A DNA stretch of 64,000 bases from Patellaria atrata CBS 101060 (taxonomy: Eukaryota): positions 496,001 through 560,000 of the forward strand of contig MU006099.1 of the NCBI GenBank assembly GCA_010093705.1, read 5' to 3'. Shown in pieces: positions 12,041 through 23,241 of the stretch (its first letter is position 1; the number at the start of each line of letters is the position of its first letter). A program made the translations under genes and the position numbers. Under the pieces are notes generated by a model. The model did not search any database, was not told the origin of the DNA, and was given only the letters and a program-made list of their open reading frames with translations.

Positions 12041-13347
12041 CTATCTCAGGACTTGACGAAACCAGCTTGAAATCTCGCCTATGTGGTTGACAGTTTGCTG
12101 GTGATCTTGGTTGGTCTTCCATAAGCCAACACCAGGTCTTACATGTAACTGAACCCGCCTTTCAGCATCGGATAGGCCACGATTTATGATACTTTCTATG
12201 TCATCCTCAAATGCACCAGAAGAATTCGTGTCTCGTGTAATACTCTTTCTCATGACGTTCACAAGTTCCTGCGCTTGATCGTTCAGGATACTCTCAGCCC
12301 CTACATTGACATGCATATAGGGGATGCGCAAGCCAGAACCCGTTGGTGGATAGATTCGACGGGCTTTATGTGGATTGGAAAGCTCAATGGGAGTATTAGG
12401 TTCTTCATCAGATTCGAAGAAATGAGTTTCTATGGGATCCTGAGGAATATTCACCCCTGCGGTGCGGAAAAAGAGGATAGGGGAGGCAAAGCGGTCGAAA
12501 TAATGCTCTGGTTTCCGAAACAGAGCATCGCGTGCTTGCAAAAGAGCATGACCCGGTAGTTGTCGGTTGTTAAAATGCTTTTGCCAGGAAGAATTCTCAT
12601 CCTTCCGCTCTTTCGTCGATTTTGTGCTCTTCCTAGATTGCGAAGGTAGCCGTGATGTGACTTCACCATCAACGAACAGTGCATCTTCCCCAAATACCGC
12701 CTCTTCCCACAATTCAGTATGACCCATCTCTTGGAATATCCAATTAGTTATGGGATTGTTTGCGGCGGCGGCAGCAATCCTATTTTCTCCCATTCGACAC
12801 TCCGTCAACGCGAGCATGGTTGCAAGGCCACCACCGACCAATTCACCACACACCCCCAACCGCGCTGCGGCATTCGGTATACGTCCATTTCTCGAGATGA
12901 AGGTATACTGTGGAACTAGATTCTTGATCACCCAGTCATATCCGGCGACAACATCGTGGATAGGGAGTGGGTAACAGTGCCCATTTCCGGAACGATAATT
13001 GATACGGACGACTGTGCACCCAGATGAGGAACGTAGTTCTGATACTAAAGCATTGTCGTTATAGGACGTCGAGTGAGGGAATAGAGGACCCGCAGGAAGG
13101 TATAATAAGATAGGTGACGGTTGACCTCCGATTAAAGGATGAAATATACTACAGCGATTAACAGAAGGTTTAACAAGAGGGGTTTCAGCACCTACTCAAG
13201 CTTCACACTTCCATTAGAGCGACACTCGACATCAATGCTATCAAACTGTCGCGGGGAAAAGGTGGAATACTCTATGTTCCGTCGCCTGAAGAAGTCAGGG
13301 ACCGTATGTGAACGAATATGTCGCTTGATCGCCCATCGCGATAGCAT
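12041..13347 (-). CDS. Alpha/beta-hydrolase fold-3 family protein, probably mitochondrial and probably non-catalytic; exons 13347-13196, 13148-12041
   Basis: Spliced product MLSRWAIKRHIRSH...ILLYLPAGP...VVRINYR...YPLPIHDVVAGYDWV...GVCGELVGGGLATMLALTEC. Arg-rich N-terminus. Confidence 0.85.
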
Positions 13348-14285
13348 GCAGAGCAGTGAAGGTTGGAGTAAGCGATTTTCCAGAGTAAAGATGATGCCGG
13401 TTTACTAAAGGAACATGACGTGGACTTGCAGGCGCAGTATGGGGGAGAGGTGTGTGTCGGAAAAGTGGGACGTAACACTTTGTATGTCCTGTACCTTTCC
13501 CCATGATAAGTTCTTAGGTCAAGAAAGTAGCGAAAATTATCCCTATCGTATTCGCGTAAAGTTACGATTGGGTAGACTTCCGATCTAAACCATTGGATTG
13601 GATCCATATGTAGAAAGTATAACATTTCTCGCGGCTGATTGGAAGCTTTTGCTGCACGGCCTGCAGTGCTGGGTTCTGCGGTTTAGGTTGCCAAATGTCA
13701 ATTTCCTGACGGCCATGAATCCCCTCCAACTTCTCCAGGACTTTAACAAAAAGGCCATAAACACCGTCTCTACCTGATCACTACATTCCTCCCTTTCGTA
13801 AGCTCTAGATGAGCTTCGATTAGCACCTAACCGATCCTATTTCGCGTTTCTACGAACTCCCAGCTGCTTTATGTCGACCTCCACACCAACACAGACGCAA
13901 GCGATCATCAGCCTCCCTCTCCCGTCCCTATGAAGACCAGTTGATTAGATCCTCTCCCCTCTCGACCACCGTTGATATCGTCATTACACTGACCCTTCGT
14001 CAGCAAGAACTGTAGAGCTCCAGCTTGTCCTTTCAATATCACTTGGTTTGCTCAGGAGTTTTCAATACTCGACCTTTAGGCCCTTGTGCGGGACAGGGAT
14101 AAGGCCTCCCAGGGGGTATAAACTCAAGATCAGGGACTTATAACGTATTTGGGGCACACTTTATAAGAGAGGAAATTTGCCGTTATTAGAGGCTTTGGGA
14201 AGCCAGTAAAATTGGTACAAACTGGATCTCTCTCTATATCCCTAGCGGACGGTCGCCGCAGTCGGTTGTCTGAACGACGTACACC

Positions 14286-16279
14286 ATGGCGGAAACAAGT
14301 CGCATGAGCAGAGCGTTGACTCTGCTCCGGAATTTATTTCTCGCAGCTCTGGTTTATGCGGTGATTTTTGGAATTATACAGGCTACTCGTACTCCTCTTG
14401 GCACGAAAGGAAAGCTGGGAATACCCTCCGTACTCGACAAGACCGGACCAGCAGATGTTATTAAGACAACAAAAGCAGGAGTAAAGGTTAAATTTGCTGG
14501 AACTTCGAAGGCAATTATCATCAATCCACATGCGAACGTCTTCAACCGACCGGAGAGCGCTGTTAAAGTTAAAGACGACTATATGGGACGTCGCCCTCAT
14601 GTTGACACCGAAGCCGACTTACAATTACTCATAGAAGAATGTCGGGGAACATACACTGGACTTGAGAAGATTCGCAACATCTTCGACTGTCTACAGTTTC
14701 TGGCGAAAGATCAGGAGCGATATTATAAACTACCCGAGACACCCCATCGTGCTAGCCAACAAGATCCACGGCGTGCGGAATACCTGAATGCCGATGGAAA
14801 TGGGAATACGGAGCCGAGCTATGTTTCTGTAGAAAAGGCTCTCCAGCCGACAAAAGAATCTCCTGGACTATGTCCCGGCGCTATAATTCCTTACCATGTA
14901 TACTGGAGCGGTCCGGCAACATGGAGAGTTGAAGCTTTCATTAAAAGTTATCTCTATACGCAAAATCTCGCCTGCTCTAGACTATGGATTTGGCTTGATA
15001 CTGACCGTAATACCAATGCAGTTCAACGCATGCTACAGAAGGATGCGTTATTTGCTCGCTTCCTACCACTTGTTGATGCGGGATATATCTTCCTTAAACC
15101 GTGGAAATTTCCTAAACGTATCCCCCTTCCAAAGCACTTGGACAACACGGATGGAGCTGGTTATTATAAGAATCCTGGAAAACCAAATTCCAAAGGAGAG
15201 ACAATTGTTGCCGACGGGATCGTAGAAGATCGAAACGGACAACAATGGCTTGCACTATCTCCCAAGCAAATGAGTTTCCTTCCAGTTGCTGTTGCGGATG
15301 CCGTGAGGTTTGTGGTTCTCCACGTGCATGGTGGTGTTTATTGTGACATGGACGTTCTCATGCTAAGGGATATGCGTCCTCTTTTGCTTCCAAAGAACCA
15401 TTCGTTCGCTCAGAGGTGGGCAGCATATGCTCACCCAGGAGACTATAACACAGCTATCATCTCCCTGAGTGCCAACTCATCCCTTTCGTCATACTTACTA
15501 CGAGGGGGAGTACGTATGGGTCTCAATTTTCATCCGCGGGTAATTGGTCGTATGGCCTGGAAGGATGGACGTGATAAGGAACTATTGATGCTTGAAACCG
15601 CTGCCTTTGATCCGGTATGGACGGAGTTTAACTGGGATCGCGAAGGAAGATGCACTGTTCCATGTCTGAGGGATTATAGTGCAGCTTTTAAGGGAAAGAA
15701 GGGTGCAATCAAAGATGAATGGGAAAGCTACGATGGACCACGGTTGGAGACAGTTCCTTTGAACGAAAACTTCCCATCGAACGAGTTAAAGTTTCGGGAA
15801 TTAACGCATGCTATCGCTAAAGCAGCAAGGGCCGAAAATCGCAATGAGAAACGCAATGAGCATATACCCTCTTCCTCAGCTGCACAGCAACCAGGGAATG
15901 GTAGCCACGACGGACCAGAATCATTTAGCGCGACGATCGACGAGGAGGCCGAATTGCGTCAAGCGGGTGTGGTTGCAGGCTATCGCTTTGATGAAGACAA
16001 GTATCCACCGAACAATCGAACATTGGAGAATTTCTTCCGAGGGGCGTGGACATATCACATTCACAGCCAGGTATGTGCCTATGTCGCAATGTCTCTCACA
16101 TATACATTAGTACTAATTTATGCATGTAGTGGCTCAAGCACCCAGAACCATCCTCGTGGATAGCCGTCCTTCAACAAGCTCATGATAACTTTCTGTCCGG
16201 GGGTCGGATGAACCTTTACGGGGAAACCTGGAACGGGCCGACAATAACACCATACAACTATTGGCCCGAATATGTTTGA
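14286..16279 (+). CDS. Type II membrane glycosyltransferase, GT32-like (DxD sugar-binding); exons 14286-16070, 16130-16279
   Basis: N-terminal TM anchor; 'DAVRFVVLHVHGGVYCDMDVLMLRD' DxD motif. A GTATGT..TACTAAT..TAG intron restores the frame to a stop at 16279. Confidence 0.9.
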
Positions 16280-16961
16280 TACCCATTCAATTTTTATCTT
16301 ATACGCCCAAAATGTATCCTCTAGCTGTTTATTGTCGACGATGATAGGTGCTGTGACTTGTATATATTGCGGATAAGACTCGGCGTTTGTCTAAGTGGGC
16401 GGTTGACCCCGATATTCTTTTTGACCTTTTTGTATTCTTTTCCTACTTTTCCGGAGTTCACGCGCTGGGGTAAAACGGAGTTTCTGCAATGAGCCGGACG
16501 ATCGAGGAGTCGAAAGCAGAGAATCTGGGGTTTGTGCGGTGAGACGAGAATCAGATATGATGCTACACCGCAAGCATGATGTCGTGCGACGGGACGATTC
16601 TCGGACGAATAGGAGACAAGAAGTGGAAAGCATCGATTACCTCTTTGAGCGATTGTGACAGCCGCTTATGTTATGCTAAGATGGTGGGGCTGTAACGAAA
16701 ACGCGTCTCAGGGCGTCAGCCCTGTATGCACTTTTGACAATATGACAAATTTTGTACTGAAATGCGTCATTGGTGAGGTGGGCTGTCGTCTCGTAATACA
16801 TTTCAAATACCCTAAAATAACTCCTCAGCTACCTTACCTTACCCGACCTATCTTAACCATATTTTACACTTCCCCGTCGCTCGATCTTCATCTCCCCCGC
16901 TATACACATCATACAGCTGCGCCGCTTCCGGAATCACAACTCAGCTACATATATATCTCCC

Positions 16962-17819
16962 ATGCGCTTCCCTTCCTTCCCTACCATCCTCCGTACTTTT
17001 CAATTTATCTCCAACGCAACAACAAATTCCTATCCTGCAGCTCAACGCGGGATTTACTCAAGTTATCGAGCTTTACCGTTGAAGTCTATGCCAACCATCC
17101 CTTTTCTGAGCTCCCTATTCCACAGTTCAAAAGAAAGTCGAAAAATGTCTCACGCCGTTGAAAAGACCGATGATGAGTGGAGGGCCATCTTGACTCCTGG
17201 TGAGTACGAGCAGTTGTTGTCCATGAGAAACTCGACGGTAGCAGGGAGTAGTCCGCCTGTGGATGATGAAAGAGATTCTCTCCTGCATCTGAAGCACTGC
17301 AACTTCTCATGCGGCCGAGCGAGTTGCGCCTGGCAACTCCCCTCGATGGCTGCGATGCTATTACGTCTACTCCCAGAAACCGCTATCATGGTCACATCTG
17401 TATCGCATCCACCTTCTATGGATAACTACTAACAGCTTCTTACAGAGCAATTCCGCGTCATCCGCACAGGCGGCACCGAAGCCCCAGGTACCGGCAAATA
17501 CAATAAGCACATGCCGGAAAGAGGCACTTACAACTGCGCCGCTTGCAACGCCGCTCTCTACACTGCCGAAACAAAGTTCGACTCTGGCTGCGGCTGGCCG
17601 GCTTTCTACGACACCATCCCTGGTGCAGTAACCAGGCACACAGATACCAGCTTCGGCATGTCGAGGACGGAGATCGTGTGCACAAACTGCGGTGGTCATC
17701 TCGGACACGTCTTCAAGGGCGAGGGCTTCAAGGATCGCACTGGAAAGAAGACCAGCACGGATGAAAGACACTGCGTCAACAGCGTCAGCTTGAACTTCGC
17801 CAATGAGCCAAAGGCATAG
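16962..17819 (+). CDS. MXR2: Peptide methionine-R-sulfoxide reductase MsrB; exons 16962 (or 17145)-17199, 17446-17819
   Basis: 'KTDDEWRAILTPEQFRVIR..GTE', Zn ligands CAAC/CTNC, 'KFDSGCGWPAF', 'GHLGHVFKGEG', catalytic 'RHCVNS'. Confidence 0.96.
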
Positions 17820-18574
17820 ACCGATAGACTGGATTTGGGATAAGATTACGATTGTACGAGAATTGTCAATTTAAGCGTTTAAAAACAAATTTTGGACACA
17901 ATAAACATATTGTGATTCTCCTTGATGAATATCTGCAACACCTAGTGCATTGCTATACAAAGGTAACAGCTTACCCGCGTCATAGTTCTAGTGCCCATCC
18001 TCTCCACGGCGACACTCCACTCCTGAATTTTCCAACACTCATGCTATCATTCCAGTATCAAACATTTGATTATGAAACACCAGCTAACTTGATTCTCCTA
18101 TCTTGAAAATCAACTATGACCCTTTCTATCAACTTGTTACCCGGGCAAAATTCTAACTGTCCATCAAGCGGTCAGTGCGCACACTCCCGCCGCTAAAGTG
18201 GGCGCCCAGCCTCCCGTCCCGCCTTCTATCCCCGCCATGCCCAGCGCCCTGCCACACCTTGTATGCCACCCACATTTGAAGACAACTCAGCATGATATGC
18301 TTAAAAGAGAGAGATGTCCAGACGAAATGACTGCAGCTACGAATTCTACAGAAACACAACAAAAATACCACAACCAATTCCTTGAAAATAAAGTGCGACG
18401 ATACACTACCTTACTTTGTCTGCACACCTTATCATCTCGACACCAACAGGACCATAACTCCTCTATCGAGCAATTGAGCATACAACTGAAGCATCCATCT
18501 CTCAATCCTCTTATCGATTTGTTATCGATCCCGCCAACCAAACTTCGAAAATAAATACATATCAACCTACAACC

Positions 18575-18718
18575 ATGAAGCGCAACATTGTCATCTTCCT
18601 CATAATCCTCATCCTCTTCATCCTAATCACCCTGATCGGATACCTGATATACGTGGCTCAGAACAGACTCGCATTCGGCAGGCCGCCAGCGAGCGAAATG
18701 AGCGAGTCGGAAGTGTAA
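18575..18718 (+). CDS. 47-aa single-pass membrane micro-protein
   Basis: MKRNIVIFLIILILFILITLIGYLIYVAQNRLAFGRPPASEMSESEV*. Strong CAACCATG start context and C-ending codon bias (ATC/CTC/TTC). Below the ORF-track cutoff. Confidence 0.65.
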   Translation: MKRNIVIFLIILILFILITLIGYLIYVAQNRLAFGRPPASEMSESEV

Positions 18719-19808
18719 GGTACTTCCCTCCATGTCACGTTCGGGACAATCGCTCATGGAAGATAGAACAACAACCGTCTGAAGACACTTCCAATGTAAT
18801 ACGGTCATATTGGACGAGAAGCAGTACAGCATTGTTCCGGTATCACGAAGTCACGAATGTTGTTTAACGGCAGTACAAAAGAAGTGTATATGATAGGCCC
18901 ACGAGCCTGAGCTAGCGACATTATGCATTTGCATTGGATGGAGTTTGGTCTGGGCTTGGAACTGGGACTGGGGACAAACCATCGCATTCTCTGGGGTTAA
19001 TTCTGTCACCTTTATAATACCCAGCTATCTGTTGCATATTTTATGTAAGCTGTTTTAGAATGGACATACCTTATAAACATTTCAGCCATATCCAAGATCG
19101 AAGAAGATGGGAGACTCCCGTCTGCTCTGTGAAGTGCATTTCCCGCCAGCCACCGCCCAACCTCCTGCAGTACATATACAGGCGCGAAAGACAGCACATC
19201 CCATTTCCCAACTCACACCACCATCAAACCCCCTTTTCCACAAATCCACAAAATCTACACCCATCATCCCCTACCTTTAATCTCCTTTCCCCTTTCCCTA
19301 AGACTAGCGTACCACAAAAACACCCGACAGTTCTACCACTCCACTCCAAAACCGCCCAACTCCCGCCCCGCCGCCCGACCCAAAAAATACCCCGAAACCG
19401 GTGCGCAAACCTTAAGCACGCGAGAAACGAACAGGTTACCGTGGTCCTGGTGCGCTGGTGCCCCCGACCGCCGAACGCGCGGAACACTGGATATGCAAGA
19501 AATTCCGTGCTGCGTTCGACGAAAGTTGGAGGGAGGGGTTGCCGCTTTGGGTTGGGTGCATATGATGTGGGGCTTTTTGGGGCGGCTTCTCGTTAAGGTA
19601 GTCGTTGTTTACGTTGGTAAAAGGTGGTTTGATGTCTCTTATTTTTTGATCGAATTGTCAGTTTTTGGTTTGGTATAGAGACGGGAGTTGACGTTTTGTG
19701 TTTGGTTGTCGTAAGTTTTCACAGTGAATAAGTTTTACAATAGTTGTAGTGGAGTATAATACATGTATTCAATATGATCTCGACGTTCCCAGTCTTTTAC
19801 AAAGGGCT

Positions 19809-20206
19809 CTATTGCACCCCGTGTTCAGACAAATGTTGCGAAGGTCGGTGCGCCTTTCCATCCTTCTCACTTCCACGAGCGGGATCTTCTTTCTCTCCCT
19901 TGGTTACGTTGTCTTTCTTCTTTTCGGTATCGGTATTTGTCTGCTCGAGTGGTTGCGAGCTCTCTGTACGAATTAATCCGAGCGTCCAAGGAGATATCTC
20001 AGTCCCACTGCGGTCTGGATCATAGTTCTCCTTTTCCTTGCGGAGTTCATATAGCTTCTTGTTATGGACAGGAACTCCCATCAGACTCTCGCTCAGACCA
20101 TAGGTCAGTTGATGTAGTGTTAGGTTCCTAGGTGCCGGTACGGTTAGCACTATTTCCTTTTATTTAGGTTTAGGAGTGCTTCATACTGTCTCTTCTCTTC
20201 GGTCAT
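19809..20206 (-). CDS. Small hydrophilic orphan protein, tandem paralog A; exons 20206-20187, 20127-19809
   Basis: 20-nt first exon, then a GTATGA..GCTAAC..TAG 59-nt intron giving MTEEKRQNLTLHQLTYG... TATAAAA upstream at about 20424-20430 (minus strand). Confidence 0.6.
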
Positions 20207-20747
20207 GCTAGTTTTGTAATTTCGTATAGCTCGCGTGGATATGACATGCGACGTCGAAGCCGAGAACGATGATATAGATAGGGTAGGGGTATGTAGTGGT
20301 AGAGGAGTTTCGGATTTCGCAGCCTTTATTCAAGAATTGTTGGGTCAAATGTTGGTAAGAGGAGAGTATTGTTTTCTTTGTTGGTTCGATATGTGGAGAA
20401 GGGAAGAGGACTACGGAGGCTCTTTTATAGTAAACCCGGTGTACGCTATGAGTGTATCCCGCTGTCGGTTTCTGGTTGACCTGTTTCTTGAATGAATGGT
20501 TCCTTTGGAAAAGTCACTCTGAGTAACTGGTATGACTGGGATTTTGCATACTACACGATTCTGTTAGAAAATGAATGACTTCTCGGGTATGACAAAGCAG
20601 AATGTATCTTCAACCAGCTTATGCCCTTTTCCATAGTATATGCGCATAGCTGGGTAGTTAAAGGCTACGTCTGGATTCGTTCAAGTGAGTTTCAAGTCTC
20701 TCATAACTGCAACTGTTTCCTTTTCTTTGAGTTGTGATAAGTAGTCT

Positions 20748-21098
20748 TTATTTTACTGAGGATAGTATTGATGAAACCCTAGGATTCCTGAATTCCCTTC
20801 TTCCGCTGTTTTTCCGCGTCCTCATCCACCCCCCTTGTTCCTTCTTATCGTCAATGTCGGTTTTAGTGCCCTCCTTGTGGTTATTAGAGTTCTCTTGTTC
20901 TACTGGAAGTTCATCCTCCTTCTTGTCACAAACCGGAGATTGCAAAGCTTTCTCGTCGTAAGTCGCAGGTGAAGTCGCTTCATACGGTGCCCTTGCTCCC
21001 TTTGGGTCACTGGCGTTGAATATGGTTATTGCTATACCCTTCTTGTTTGGTGCATGGATAATTTCATACTTCTCATACCCCTTGGTAGTCCCTGTCAT
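20748..21098 (-). CDS. Small hydrophilic orphan protein, tandem paralog B; probable in-frame intron 21078-21010
   Basis: Same 20-nt first exon followed by GTATGA. The 69-nt intron ends in CAG. Upstream region is alignable to that of paralog A. Confidence 0.55.
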   Translation of the reverse strand: MTGTTKGYEKYEIIHAPNKKGIAITIFNASDPKGARAPYEATSPATYDEKALQSPVCDKKEDELPVEQENSNNHKEGTKTDIDDKKEQGGWMRTRKNSGRREFRNPRVSSILSSVK

Positions 21099-22977
21099 GT
21101 TATTTAGAAATCTCGTAGAGTTCTAGTAGATACAGTTTATGCCTTCGGAGCCGAGAAGGAGGACGTTGATGAAGGGATACAAGGGATATGGCTGTATGGG
21201 AGATTCTGACTGTACGGTTTTCATTCAAGGATCTAAGATCGGTTTTGTTGGTGAGAGAAGAGTGCTTTTGCTGTTGTAGGTTTGCTTTGTGGAGAGAGAA
21301 AGAGAAAGTAAAAGGAGACAGAGCGGATTCTTATACTCCGGGTCTGGTATTCGCTATATATATTTTGTGACCCGAGGGTTGGTGGCTGAATGGTTTCGAT
21401 GACCATGATTGGAATGAGTTTTTATTTTAAATGGTTATTCTGAATGACTGGGGTGACTTGGCTATGAAACACTCCTATGAATCGCTCATGAACTTGGCGA
21501 CTTTAGAGGTTAAATAGAGCTGAATTAGTCCTTGAACCCCAGCGAGCTTTATAGCTATATTCTTGATCAGAGGATCAGAAGTGATGGTCAAGGGAGAAAA
21601 TCTTGACTCGAGTAAGCAATGTTACACTCTTGTTGCAAGATATTAGTCGTAAGTTATGATACATCTAGTGAATAATAATACAATCCTGATAAAGGATACC
21701 GTTGTAAAAATCGGACACTAGTAGCTGAAGAGCACTCATACAATTTGTGACTCTCCATAAGACACGGCGCTCTCCTACCGTCCAATTCTTAATGTGGAAA
21801 AATCGGAGAAGTGCTCAACCGCATGTAAGAATGAGATCTAAGGTGTCAACGTATGACCGAAGCTGCGCTTCTCTTTCGGCGATGCCACGCCCATGCTCTC
21901 AGGTTTATCCTCGCGCTTCGCCTTCACAGCTCGAGCTAGCCTATCCTCTTTCTTATTCCTGGTGCTCCGTTAGATGCATTTCATATCTTGGGCGAATATA
22001 CTCACTTCGCGTCATCTTCAGGAACATATGACCGTGGCTCTAAGGGAACTTTGGGGCTATCAAATTTAAACTCATTTCGAAACTCGGTTCGGCTGAAGGA
22101 GAGAGTATGGCTACGTGGATGGGAAACCGTTAGCCCTAGGCTAGATTTTTCGCCGGACGCATTATCAGTGGGAACTGGTTTCGAATCTGGCTTCGAGGCC
22201 TGCGGGATTTTGGAAGCTTGAGAAATCGAATTTCGGATATGATAGTGGCACTAAGCGGAAGGGAATGTTTATCCCTTAGGTATTAGATGATTTCTTGCGG
22301 AATACTGAATAGTGTGGATGAGGTATATGAGCAGTTCTATAGATAATTCTAAAGGAGGGTAAGCTTATTTTATGGAGTAGGATATGTAGTCCTAAGGCGC
22401 AGCAGCCCGCTGTTATGTAGATACCTGAGTGGATGGACGCTCAGCCTTGTTTTATTCCGAGCTCAAAGCATCGCTAATTGGGGGACTTTTAGTCAGTTTG
22501 CATGAGGAGATACGCTGTCGTTCAACGTGGCCTAATAAGTAATGACTATACACCGAAAGAGTATCTGTATCTGCAGCTCTGTGGCCGTCAAGTCATAATA
22601 CCTTTGGAGGTGTCTTATGTTCCTAGGTAGACGGATTGAGACATTCATCAAGGGTTTATTAGCTATGTTTGCAGGAATACGTCTCCATTGTACTTGTATG
22701 TACGCCGCATAAATCAGCTTCAGTGTTATGACAAGCACTATCTCACTTAACCGCAGTTTGATGGCCTATCAATCTAGCCAGCGTCGTTCTTCGGTACCTC
22801 CTTTTTTCGTTGATTAAGAAGATGTTTCATAGTACTATGATCAACTGAATGTCCCGAGGTGATATGCCTATACACCTAGATCCTAGCTCGGAAAAGTCAG
22901 GAACTGAAGTTGTAAAATAGAGGACGGCCCGGGAAGTTGGATGAGGTGGCCCGAGCACACAGAATTCTGAGTCAGCG

Positions 22978-23241
22978 GACACGTGCATCCGAAAAGACGC
23001 AACGCAACTTTATACTTTTAGAAAGTGAAATTTGAAAAACTGAGAAACCGAACTTTCTACCACCAGATCTCAAATTTTCATATCACACATGAATCTTTAA
23101 GATTTTCTATAGAGATTTTGGATAATTATATCGATTTTTCCTTTCACTTATCGTTAAGCAAATAACCAAAAAAATCTTAAGTTTTTGAAGAACAAACACT
23201 CAAGGACATTTTCATGCCAAGATCTCGGTATGGCTCGTGCT
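22978..23241 (-). repeat. Dispersed copy of an AT-rich ~220-260 bp repeat family (homologous to the 39.26-39.90 kb array)
   Basis: Reverse complement contains 'ttttggttatttgcttaacgataagtgaaaggaaaaatcgatataattatccaaaatctctatagaaaatc..gattcatgtgtgatatga', matching 39345-39440. Confidence 0.8.

Noticed and set aside
17263..17292. Stand-alone box C/D snoRNA in the MsrB intron
   Set aside because: ATGATGA and CTGA are only ~20 nt apart, with no terminal D box further downstream and no recognisable rRNA guide
17221..17400. snR30/U17, RNase P/MRP or SECIS identity for the MsrB intron
   Set aside because: Lacks the snR30 m1 motif, the P4 CR-I/CR-V pairing and an in-frame UGA (the catalytic residue is a Cys codon)
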